Shown here: positions 19,859 through 28,749 of the stretch, piece after piece
Numbering within the stretch: position 1 is the first letter of the stretch
Layout: each line of letters opens with the position of its first letter
From: Desulfobacteraceae bacterium Eth-SRB1
GTDB lineage: Bacteria; Desulfobacterota; Desulfobacteria; Desulfobacterales; ETH-SRB1
Assembly (NCBI GenBank): GCA_004193555.1
Contig: RPGP01000001.1
Coordinates: forward strand, 274,156-338,155
DNA length: 64,000 nucleotides
Direction of reading: 5' to 3'
Translations under genes and position numbers: made by a program
Notes under the pieces: generated by a model
What the model saw: only the letters and a program-made list of their open reading frames with translations
What the model was told of the DNA's origin: nothing
Database searches by the model: none

Positions 19859-19993
19859 ATTTACTTAGCAAAAAGCCCCATTGATGAATGTCAAGCGCGC
19901 CCGGATACCAGATTTTACGATTTGACCGTCCGGCGGTTTGACCGATTCTGGGGCTTTCATGTGATAAAGATTAAACATGCTTGTTTAGAAAAC

Positions 19994-20091
19994 GTGTTAA
20001 GTGTCAGGTGTTAAGTGTTAAGAGCTTGATAAACAGGTAATTATTTTAACTTAACACCTGACACTTAACACCTAACACCTGATGAATTCGA
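19994..20091. repeat. 23-bp perfect-stem hairpin (19994-20016 / 20049-20071) plus the right arm of the 28-bp yajC-flanking inverted repeat (20064-20091)
   Basis: gtgttaagtgtcaggtgttaagt is the reverse complement of acttaacacctgacacttaacac. The repeat is built from gtgttaag/gtgtcagg words. Confidence 0.9.
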
Positions 20092-20130
20092 CTTTTTATG
20101 AATTCATCAATACAATAAAGGAATATATCA

Positions 20131-21708
20131 TTGAAGAATCTTTCATGGAAACTCATTCTGGTTCTAACAGTTATAATAGTTGCCGTCATCTATGTACTTC
20201 CTACTATAAAGCCTGCATTGTGGCCACACAAGAAGATAAATTTAGGGCTTGATCTTCAGGGAGGAATGCATCTTGTCCTTGAAGTCGAAACGGAAAAAGC
20301 CGTGGAAAGTACAATGGATCGTATAACCAATGAACTAAATGGCGCCTTAAGGAAAGACAAGATAAGATATCTCAGCATAAACAGGGTTGACGGCGCAAAG
20401 ATATTTCTCAAGATGCAGGGAAAGGACAATATCGAAAAGTTTGAGAAGCTTCTTGATAAGGAGTATAAAGATCTGCGCATTCTTTCAAAATCAACAGATA
20501 ATGGGGTCCTGACCATAGTAATGGATCTTCCTGACAGAGAGACCGAGCACATCAAAAAACTTGCCACAGGACAGGCCCTTGAAACCATAAGAAACCGCAT
20601 AGATCAATTCGGCGTCAGCGAACCGGATATCAGACTTCAGGGGAAAAAACGTATCCTCATTCAACTTCCCGGAATCAAGGATACACAGAGGGCAAAGGAT
20701 CTCATCGGCAAAACAGCCCTTTTAGAATTCAAGCTTGTGGATGAAGTACATGATGTTAATGCGGCCCTAAAGGGGAATGTCCCGCCGGGAAGCGAAGTTC
20801 TTGTTCATATTACAGAAGATCCGGAAACAAAGCGGGAGATAAAAGATTACTTTCTTATAAAAAAGCAAACGCTTTTAACAGGAGCTAATCTGACAGATGC
20901 CCGGGTTCAAATAGATTCACAATATAACGAACCATATGTATCCATCAGTTTTGATAAAAAAGGGGGAAGAATCTTTGCCAGAATAACTGAAGAAAATGTG
21001 AAAAAACGTCTTGCAATCATTTTAGACAATACGGTTTATTCCGCGCCTGTTATTCAGGAAAAGATTGCCGGGGGCGAGGCTCGCATAACCGGTAATTTCA
21101 CGACAGAAGAAGCCAGCGATCTTGCCATTGCTCTTCGTGCAGGCGCTCTTCCTGCTCCGGTTAAAATACTTGAGGAGAGAACCGTGGGTCCTTCTCTTGG
21201 AGCTGATTCAATCAACAAAGGGCTTATTTCCGTGTGTATCGGAGGTATCCTCGTAATTATATTTATGATTATTTATTATAAAGGTTCGGGCATTATAGCA
21301 GACCTGGCATTGGTTCTGAATATTATCCTTATTGCCGCAGGGCTGGCCGGCTTCCAAGCTACCCTGACGCTGCCCGGTATCGCTGGAATCATACTTACAA
21401 TAGGAATGGCTGTAGACGCCAATGTTTTAATATTTGAACGGATAAGAGAAGAAATGGGTATCGGCAAAACCCCCCGTGCAGCGGTAGATGCAGGCTATAA
21501 CAAGGCAACGCTTACAATTCTCGACGCAAATGTCACAACACTTATCGCCGCGCTTGTTCTGTTTCAGTTCGGCACAGGTCCTATCAAGGGATTTGCAGTA
21601 ACACTAAGTCTCGGTGTGCTTGCCAGCCTGTTTACTTCCCTTATTATTACACGGCTTGTATTTGATTATCTATTGATGAACAGGAAAGTTAAAAGATTAA
21701 GTATCTAA
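20131..21708 (+). CDS. secD: protein translocase subunit SecD
   Basis: 525 aa with LGLDLQGGMHLVLEV and IRNRIDQFGVSEP, plus a C-terminal six-TM region containing AVDANVLIFERIREE. Confidence 0.93.
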   Translation: MKNLSWKLILVLTVIIVAVIYVLPTIKPALWPHKKINLGLDLQGGMHLVLEVETEKAVESTMDRITNELNGALRKDKIRYLSINRVDGAKIFLKMQGKDNIEKFEKLLDKEYKDLRILSKSTDNGVLTIVMDLPDRETEHIKKLATGQALETIRNRIDQFGVSEPDIRLQGKKRILIQLPGIKDTQRAKDLIGKTALLEFKLVDEVHDVNAALKGNVPPGSEVLVHITEDPETKREIKDYFLIKKQTLLTGANLTDARVQIDSQYNEPYVSISFDKKGGRIFARITEENVKKRLAIILDNTVYSAPVIQEKIAGGEARITGNFTTEEASDLAIALRAGALPAPVKILEERTVGPSLGADSINKGLISVCIGGILVIIFMIIYYKGSGIIADLALVLNIILIAAGLAGFQATLTLPGIAGIILTIGMAVDANVLIFERIREEMGIGKTPRAAVDAGYNKATLTILDANVTTLIAALVLFQFGTGPIKGFAVTLSLGVLASLFTSLIITRLVFDYLLMNRKVKRLSI

Positions 21709-21720
21709 AAGGAAATATAA

Positions 21721-22761
21721 ATGCAGTTTATCAAACCTGACATAAATATAAATTTTATCGGCAAAAGAAAAATCGCTTTTTTTATTTCAATTATAATGAT
21801 CATTATCAGTATCGCTTCTTTAATAATTCACAAGGGGCCCAAGTACGGAATAGACTTTGCCGGCGGAACGTTAATACAGGTAAAGTTTATATCGCCTGCA
21901 AACATTGATGACATAAAATCAGGGCTTGCCGCCATTGAGCTTGGGAAATCATCGGTTCAGCAGTTTGGTGACTTAAAGGATAATGAATACCTTATCCGGA
22001 CAGACAGATCCGTCATGACTGCTGATGGATTTTCTTCCAGGGTAAAAGCGGCGCTGGAATCCGCAACAGGAAAGGATGCTGAAATCCGCCGTGTTGAAAT
22101 GGTTGGCCCGCAGGTAGGTAAAGATCTGCGTGAAAAAGCCCTTTTTGCCATGTTCTACGCCCTGCTCTTTATCACAATATATATATCCGGCCGTTTTGAG
22201 TTGAAGTGGATTTTAAGTGGTGTCATGGCTGCAGCGCTTATGGCCGCTGTATATTTTCTTTCAATTTTCAACGTCAGCATTCTGTTCCTGATTACAGCAG
22301 CTATCTGTGTAACTCTTGTGTTTTTCTGGGCTCTTGAACTGAAATATGCCATGGGCGCTGTTGTGGCTCTTGTACATGACGTTACCATTACTGTCGGCAT
22401 TTTTTCCATTTGTGGCAAGGAATTTACTTTGCCGATTATTGCAGCGCTTTTAACAATCATCGGATATTCCTTAAATGATACGATAATTGTTTTTGACCGC
22501 ATCCGGGAAAATCTTAGAAAATATCATAAGAACCCAATGGAAACCATCGTCAACAAAAGCATTAATGAAACACTCAGTCGTACAATATTAACATCTATAA
22601 CAACCCTGTTTGTAGTGGTTACCCTTTTTGTTCTCGGAGGCGGAATTATCCATGACTTTGCATTCGCAATGATAGTTGGAATCCTTGTCGGGACATATTC
22701 TTCAATTTACGTTGCAAGCCCCATACTCCTTGCCTGGCAAAGACGTGGGAAGAGGAAGTAA
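21721..22761 (+). CDS. secF: protein translocase subunit SecF
   Basis: 346 aa with YGIDFAGGTLIQV and YSLNDTIIVFDRIREN, directly after secD. Confidence 0.93.
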   Translation: MQFIKPDININFIGKRKIAFFISIIMIIISIASLIIHKGPKYGIDFAGGTLIQVKFISPANIDDIKSGLAAIELGKSSVQQFGDLKDNEYLIRTDRSVMTADGFSSRVKAALESATGKDAEIRRVEMVGPQVGKDLREKALFAMFYALLFITIYISGRFELKWILSGVMAAALMAAVYFLSIFNVSILFLITAAICVTLVFFWALELKYAMGAVVALVHDVTITVGIFSICGKEFTLPIIAALLTIIGYSLNDTIIVFDRIRENLRKYHKNPMETIVNKSINETLSRTILTSITTLFVVVTLFVLGGGIIHDFAFAMIVGILVGTYSSIYVASPILLAWQRRGKRK

Positions 22762-23868
22762 GTGGAAAATATTCTTCCATGGTTTGCCCTTAAAAGTGTT
22801 CCCGGCGTAGGAAGCCATCTTTTCAAGCGGCTGATTGACAAGTTCAAGTCTCCCCCTATTGTTTTTGAAGCATCTCATGATGATCTGCTGAAAATTGACG
22901 GTATCACCGATCGCATTGCATCGGCAATCAAGCGCCATAAAATTCCTGAACACGTTAAAAAGGATTTCGATTCGGCGCTAAAAAATGGTTACCGGATTGT
23001 TACCATGCTCGATCCTGATTATCCTCCGCTTTTGCTTGAAATACCGGACCCTCCTCCTTTTTTGTATGTTTTTGGACAGCTTGCCCCCTCCATAATGAAT
23101 ATTGCGGTTGTGGGTTCAAGGAATGCAACACCCTATGGCATATCAACAACAAAGCGGTTGTGCGGCGATCTGGCTCTGCGTGGAATAACAATTGTCAGCG
23201 GAATGGCAAGGGGAATTGATACTGCCGCCCACGAAGGGGCTTTAATGGGCAAAGGGAAAACAATAGCCGTTCTCGGAAGCGGCTTTGAAAGAGTCTATCC
23301 CGCGGAAAATCTGAATCTTTTTTACAAAATTGCTGAAAGTGGAGCTGTTGTTTCAGAGTTTCCTTTAAAAACAGAGCCCGAAGCCCATAATTTCCCGACA
23401 CGCAACAGGATAATCAGCGGCATTTCTCTTGGAACGGTTGTTGTGGAAGCAACTAAAAAGAGCGGCTCACTCATTACCGCACGCCTTGCGGCAGAGCAAA
23501 ACAGGGAAGTTTTTGCTGTACCGGGAAGCATTAATTCTTTTAAAAGTATCGGAGCCCACACCCTTATAAAACAGGGTGCAAAACTTGTCGAACATGCGCA
23601 AGACATAATAGAAGAACTTTCACCTGTACTCCAGGCTTATGCCGCCGCCGATAATGAAAACAAAAAAACGGCCGAACTTTCTCCTCTATCGTCTGAGGAG
23701 TCGCTGGTGTTAAAAGAACTTGGGCCGTATCCTGTTCATATTGATAAAATTGTCAGAAATATCTCCATGGAACCCGGAAAAGTTTCAGGCATCCTGCTAA
23801 GACTTGAACTCAAGGAAATCGTGAAGCAGATGCCGGGGAAATTGTTTTCCGTCAAGGAAGAAAATTAA
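22762..23868 (+). CDS. dprA: DNA-processing protein DprA
   Basis: IAVVGSRNATPYG, IVSGMARGIDTAAH and FPTRNRIISGIS motifs, plus a C-terminal wHTH-like tail. Confidence 0.9.
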   Translation: MENILPWFALKSVPGVGSHLFKRLIDKFKSPPIVFEASHDDLLKIDGITDRIASAIKRHKIPEHVKKDFDSALKNGYRIVTMLDPDYPPLLLEIPDPPPFLYVFGQLAPSIMNIAVVGSRNATPYGISTTKRLCGDLALRGITIVSGMARGIDTAAHEGALMGKGKTIAVLGSGFERVYPAENLNLFYKIAESGAVVSEFPLKTEPEAHNFPTRNRIISGISLGTVVVEATKKSGSLITARLAAEQNREVFAVPGSINSFKSIGAHTLIKQGAKLVEHAQDIIEELSPVLQAYAAADNENKKTAELSPLSSEESLVLKELGPYPVHIDKIVRNISMEPGKVSGILLRLELKEIVKQMPGKLFSVKEEN

Positions 23869-26138
23869 TGACCAAACCGCTTATTATAGTTGAATCACCG
23901 ACAAAGGTCAGAACCATAAAAAAGTATCTTGGCAAAGGCTATAATGTGGCCGCAACTGTCGGGCACATAAAAGATCTGCCTGCAAAAGAAATGGGCATCG
24001 ATATCGAAAACGGTTTCAAGCCAAAATACAGGAACATCCCTGGAAAGCAAAAGGTTATATCATCATTAAAAAGGGCTGCGGGTGATGCCATGGATATCTA
24101 CCTTGCTGCCGATCCTGACAGAGAGGGCGAGGCAATTGCATGGCATGCAGCCGAAGTCCTGAAAAAAAAAGATAGAAAATTTCACAGGGTTCTTTTTAAC
24201 GAACTCACACAAAATGCCATCAATAAGGCAATTGCCGCTCCTGAAGATCTCAACAAGAAAAAATATGAGGCTCAGCAGGCACGCAGAATATTAGACAGGC
24301 TGGTGGGATATCAGGTTTCGCCCCTGCTGTGGCGCAAGGTCAAAGGCGGGCTGAGCGCAGGCAGGGTGCAATCTGTCGCGGTGCGGATAATCTGCGAGAG
24401 AGAGCGGGCCATTTATGCATTTAATCCTGAAGAATACTGGTCGATAACAGCCTGGCTTGAGGGCAGCGAACCACCCCCATTTACTGCAAAACTTGCAAAA
24501 AAAGACGGAAAGAAAATCAGAATTCCCGATAAAAAGGCATCAGACGCCATACTTAATGATCTGTCAGGCAGCGATTTTATTGTAGAAAAAGTTCAAAAGA
24601 AAACCACAAAAAGAAATCCTCTTCCCCCTTTTATCACAAGCAAACTTCAGCAGGAAGCCATCAGGAAACTCAGGTTTTCCGCTAAAAAAACCATGATTAC
24701 AGCACAACAGCTCTATGAAGGTATAGACCTGGGGCCCGGCAAACCGGAAGGGCTTATTACCTACATGCGTACAGATTCAACCAGGATATCAAGAGAGGCT
24801 GCCGAAGAAGCCCTTTCGCTGATCCGGGAACGTTTTGGCAGGCAATATGCTCTTGAAAAGCCAAGGTTTTTCAAAAACCGCAAAAAGGCTCAGGACGCGC
24901 ATGAGGCTATACGACCTACATCGGTATTTAACACACCTGAAAAAATCGCCGGTTATCTTTCCAGAGACCAGCTGTCTTTGTACACCCTTATATGGAAGCG
25001 ATTTGTTGCATCACAGATGAAACAGGCCCTTATAGACACCAGCCTGATATCTATCAAGGCCGGTTCCTGTTTGTTTACCGCAAGCGGATCAACCATTAAA
25101 TTTCCAGGCTTTATGACCCTGTATATTTCCGCTGATAATGGAGCTGAAAGTGAAAGAAAAGCAGATGATCTTCCGGAACTTACTGAAGGGATGATATTAA
25201 AATTCCACAAATTGGATCCAAAGCAGCATTTCACATTGCCGCCCCCAAGGTTCTCAGAAGCATCACTTGTCAAAGAGCTTGAAGAAAACGGAATAGGACG
25301 TCCAAGCACCTATGCCGCTATATTGTCAACTATCAGACAAAAAGGATATGTGGATTTTATCAAAGGTTATTTCAGGCCAAGCGAATTAGGGTTTATTGTA
25401 AATGACCTTCTAATAGAAAGCTTCACCGATATATTCGGCATCGATTTTACCGCAAGAATGGAGAATGATTTAGACAGCATTGAAGAAGCAGAGGCCGATT
25501 ATTTAGAGATACTCACACGTTTTTACGACCCTTTTAAAAAAGATCTGGATGCCGCGTCAGAATCGATGCTCAGTATGCGGGGCGTGGGTTTCCCGACAGG
25601 TTTAACCTGTCCCAGATGTAACAAACAGTTGCATGTCAAGGTGGGCAAAAACGGACATTATCTTGCCTGTAGCGGATACCCTGAATGCAAATATTCGACA
25701 AACTATACACGGGATGAAAAAGGGGAAATCCAGCCGGTTGAACTGCCGGAAGATGAAGCTTCAGACAAGGTTTGTGATAAATGCGGCAAACCAATGGTCA
25801 TTAAACAGGGACAATACGGTCCATTTTTCGCATGCAGTGGATATCCGGAATGTAAAAACACCATATCAGTAAATTCAAATCATGCCGGACAGGATACAGG
25901 TGTTAAATGCCCTGAAAAAGGGTGCGGCGGCAGCCTTGTTGAAAGAAAATCAAGGCGCGGCAAAATTTTCTATAGCTGTAACCGCTATCCTGAATGCAAA
26001 TTTGCTATCTGGGATAAGCCGGTTGCAAAAGAATGTCCTGAATGCGGGGCAAAATTTCTGGTCGAAAAATCCACCAAAAAAAAAGGCGTTGTTATAACCT
26101 GCTTAACAAAAGGGTGTAGTCATAAGGAAAATAAGTGA
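23868..26138 (+). CDS. topA: DNA topoisomerase I
   Basis: TOPRIM start LIIVESPTKVRTIKKYLG, active-site region ITYMRTDSTRIS, and multiple C-terminal CxxC zinc ribbons. Confidence 0.95.
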   Translation: MTKPLIIVESPTKVRTIKKYLGKGYNVAATVGHIKDLPAKEMGIDIENGFKPKYRNIPGKQKVISSLKRAAGDAMDIYLAADPDREGEAIAWHAAEVLKKKDRKFHRVLFNELTQNAINKAIAAPEDLNKKKYEAQQARRILDRLVGYQVSPLLWRKVKGGLSAGRVQSVAVRIICERERAIYAFNPEEYWSITAWLEGSEPPPFTAKLAKKDGKKIRIPDKKASDAILNDLSGSDFIVEKVQKKTTKRNPLPPFITSKLQQEAIRKLRFSAKKTMITAQQLYEGIDLGPGKPEGLITYMRTDSTRISREAAEEALSLIRERFGRQYALEKPRFFKNRKKAQDAHEAIRPTSVFNTPEKIAGYLSRDQLSLYTLIWKRFVASQMKQALIDTSLISIKAGSCLFTASGSTIKFPGFMTLYISADNGAESERKADDLPELTEGMILKFHKLDPKQHFTLPPPRFSEASLVKELEENGIGRPSTYAAILSTIRQKGYVDFIKGYFRPSELGFIVNDLLIESFTDIFGIDFTARMENDLDSIEEAEADYLEILTRFYDPFKKDLDAASESMLSMRGVGFPTGLTCPRCNKQLHVKVGKNGHYLACSGYPECKYSTNYTRDEKGEIQPVELPEDEASDKVCDKCGKPMVIKQGQYGPFFACSGYPECKNTISVNSNHAGQDTGVKCPEKGCGGSLVERKSRRGKIFYSCNRYPECKFAIWDKPVAKECPECGAKFLVEKSTKKKGVVITCLTKGCSHKENK

Positions 26139-26142
26139 ATTT

Positions 26143-26985
26143 ATGAAATTCGGAGATTATGAATGTTTCTCTGTTGAGATGGGCAGGTTTTTCCTTGATG
26201 GCGGAGCTATGTTTGGAATTGTTCCCAGGGTGTTGTGGGAAAGAAAGATCCCGGCAGATGAAAAAAATCTTATTCCCATGAATGCAAGGTCGCTTCTGAT
26301 ACAGGGAAGGGGGAAAAACATTCTAATTGATACGGGGCTGGGCAGCAAGTCCTCTGAAAAGATGATAAAAATATACGGAATAGACGAAGATTCAACAGAC
26401 ATAGACAAATCATTATCAAAATATGGATTGACCCGCCACGATATAACCGATGTCATAATAACCCACCTCCATTTTGACCACACCGGAGGATCAACCTGTA
26501 TCAAAAACAATAGAACTGTGCCGACCTTTCAGAATGCCACATATTATATTCAGAAAAAACAGTGGGAGACAGCAAACAACCCCTCAGTAAGAGACAGCGC
26601 AAGCTATATGAAAGAAAATTTCATGCCGCTGGAGGAAGCCGGAGTCTTAAAGCTGATTGATGGGCCAACAGAGATATTTAAAGGCATAGATCTTATTATA
26701 ACAGGTGGCCACACACCCGGCCAGCAGCATCCCCTGATAAAGGGTGAAACCGGCTGCCTCTTTTATTGCGCTGATTTTATTCCCACCTCTGCGCATCTGC
26801 CTGTTCCCTGGAATATGGCTTATGACAACTATCCCATGGTTTTAATCGAGGAAAAGAAAAAACTTCTCAGCAGAGCACTAAAAGAAAACTGGATTCTATT
26901 TTTCGAACACGATCCTGATATTGCTGCGGCAAGCATCAGGCAGGGTGAAAAAAACATCGAAATTAATAAAATTATTTCTATTTAG
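26143..26985 (+). CDS. MBL-fold metallo-hydrolase
   Basis: THLHFDHTGG (HxHxDH) motif within a 280-aa beta-lactamase-fold-like sequence. Confidence 0.8.
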   Translation: MKFGDYECFSVEMGRFFLDGGAMFGIVPRVLWERKIPADEKNLIPMNARSLLIQGRGKNILIDTGLGSKSSEKMIKIYGIDEDSTDIDKSLSKYGLTRHDITDVIITHLHFDHTGGSTCIKNNRTVPTFQNATYYIQKKQWETANNPSVRDSASYMKENFMPLEEAGVLKLIDGPTEIFKGIDLIITGGHTPGQQHPLIKGETGCLFYCADFIPTSAHLPVPWNMAYDNYPMVLIEEKKKLLSRALKENWILFFEHDPDIAAASIRQGEKNIEINKIISI

Positions 26986-27113
26986 TGTCCATCCACTCCC
27001 CAAAAAACAAACAGCTAAAGCGCTACGGAAGTCCTTTGGTCGCAAAAAAAATCAACAGATTTCCCCACATTTGCAGTTCCGATATCCCCGCCCCCTGCCT
27101 ATCTTAGGATTAT

Positions 27114-27218
27114 ATAATTCTTGCCTTTTCATTAAAAATGATGTAATATTAATATATTATAACGATAAAAAAAGAACCTGTTAATATCAAATATCACTGA
27201 TTTATTTCTTAACATTTA
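27114..27218 (+). repeat. copy 1 of a 105-bp AT-rich direct repeat (promoter/operator-like)
   Basis: Aligns with 28486-28590 (ataattcttgcctttNcattaaaaa..atattaatatattataac...cctgttaatatcaaatatcactgatttatttcttaacattta). It is preceded by cttaggattatataattc, which recurs at 28154-28171. Confidence 0.85.
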
Positions 27219-27352
27219 GTGCCCTTACATGATCCTAAGAAGTAAGAAGATGTTTAATATCAAAGCATACAACACTGTAACCGGTATATTACGAAGAGTT
27301 CTCAAGCTTAAAAAATATGACAGGAAAATTAAAAAATATATGAGGTCACGGG

Positions 27353-27748
27353 CATGGAAGAAAAAATTAAATATTGGATAGATATGGCTGAATATGACTT
27401 GGAAACAGCACGTATCATGTTAAAAGGTAGGCGGTTTCTGTATGTTGGGTTTATGTGCCATCAGGTTGTAAAAAAATTCTTAAAGGATATTATGTTTTTA
27501 TAAAAAAAGAAAATCCACCTTATACGCATAATTTGAATTATCTTGCCAGCCAGAGTGGAATATATGATAAAATGACAGAAAAGCAAAAGGACTTCATAGA
27601 TCTGCTGGAACCGTTAAATGTTGAAGCCAGGTACCCCACACATAAAGAACGGCTAATGCTGTCTTTAAGTGATGAAAGATGCAAGGAAATAATTCAAAAA
27701 ACTGAAGGATTATATCAATGGATAAAACAACAGCTATCAGGCATGTAA
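27353..27748 (+). pseudogene. HEPN-domain protein (partner of the MNT), readable only with two compensating frameshifts
   Basis: MEEKIKYWIDMAEYDLETARIM is in frame 2. LKGRRFLYVGFMCHQVVKK is in frame 0, after the T-run at 27419-27421. ILKGYYVFIKKENPPYTHNL... returns to frame 2 after the A7 run at 27470-27476. The straight reading stops at 27428. Confidence 0.6.
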
Positions 27749-28038
27749 AGCAATATGCGGATGTTGTAAGGCAGAATTTTAACGTTAAAAAAGTTATATT
27801 ATATGGTTCTTACTCAAGGGGCTCTGCACGAAAAGACAGCGATATTGATGTTGCTGTGGTTTTAAGTCGTATTGATGAGGATTTTCTAATGGCTGAAGCA
27901 AAACTTTTTCGATTGAGAAGAGAAATTGACACGAGAATAGAGCCAGTCTTATTGGAAGAATCAAATGACAAAAGCGGATTTTTAGAAGAAATTTTGAAAA
28001 CCGGGGAAGTTATTTATAATGCTGACCTGGCACCATGA
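27718..28038 (+). CDS. nucleotidyltransferase (MNT-type, HEPN/MNT module)
   Basis: LYGSYSRGSARKDSDIDVAVV matches the GS-x-RG...D-x-D minimal nucleotidyltransferase motif. It overlaps the HEPN ORF. Confidence 0.85.
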   Translation: MDKTTAIRHVKQYADVVRQNFNVKKVILYGSYSRGSARKDSDIDVAVVLSRIDEDFLMAEAKLFRLRREIDTRIEPVLLEESNDKSGFLEEILKTGEVIYNADLAP

Positions 28039-28485
28039 TCAAGCTTAGAAAGGATTGGGGACATCATCGACAAATTAGACAAATACTGCGTTCTCCGGCA
28101 GGGATATTAGCCGGCCGCTCAACTACTTGAAGACTCGCTTCCCCCATATCTCGCTTAGGATTATATAATTCGCAACTACTCACGTAGTCAGGCTGAAGCC
28201 GTTTAGGCTGAAGGCTGAAGGAATCCGAAGAGCACGATTGCCGTACTTTGGCGGAAATACCTACCCGCCACCTGCCCGCAATGCCTCTATTCCGCATGAC
28301 TTAGTTTTGCCGCCTTGTTCCTGCAAGCATAATTAACAAAATGAATAGGGCGTATTTAATGCATGGCTGGCGGGTCGCGAGCTCAGACGAGGCGGGCGGG
28401 TCTGATTCTTGCATCAAACATAGCTTTTTAATGCGCTTTTTCCTAACAGTCTTCAGCCTTCAGGCTAATAACCTGAATAGTTACT

Positions 28486-28590
28486 ATAATTCTTGCCTTT
28501 GCATTAAAAACAATGCAATATTAATATATTATAACAACCAAGAAACGACCTGTTAATATCAAATATCACTGATTTATTTCTTAACATTTA
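28486..28590 (+). repeat. copy 2 of the 105-bp direct repeat, 160 nt upstream of the kinase gene
   Basis: See 27114-27218. This copy contains the perfect palindrome ttgcatt-aaaaac-aatgcaa followed by an AT-rich -10-like tract. Confidence 0.85.
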
Positions 28591-28749
28591 ATATTGAGCA
28601 GTAAAAAATAATGGGTGAAAAAACTGCAAAAGAAAATCAATATTCATTTCTTGACGATACAAAATTATAAACTGAGGAGCATCCCCATAAATAGCCAAGT
28701 AATTTTGCAGCTCAACTCGGCCATTGGGTGCTTGGGGATATAAGTAAAA

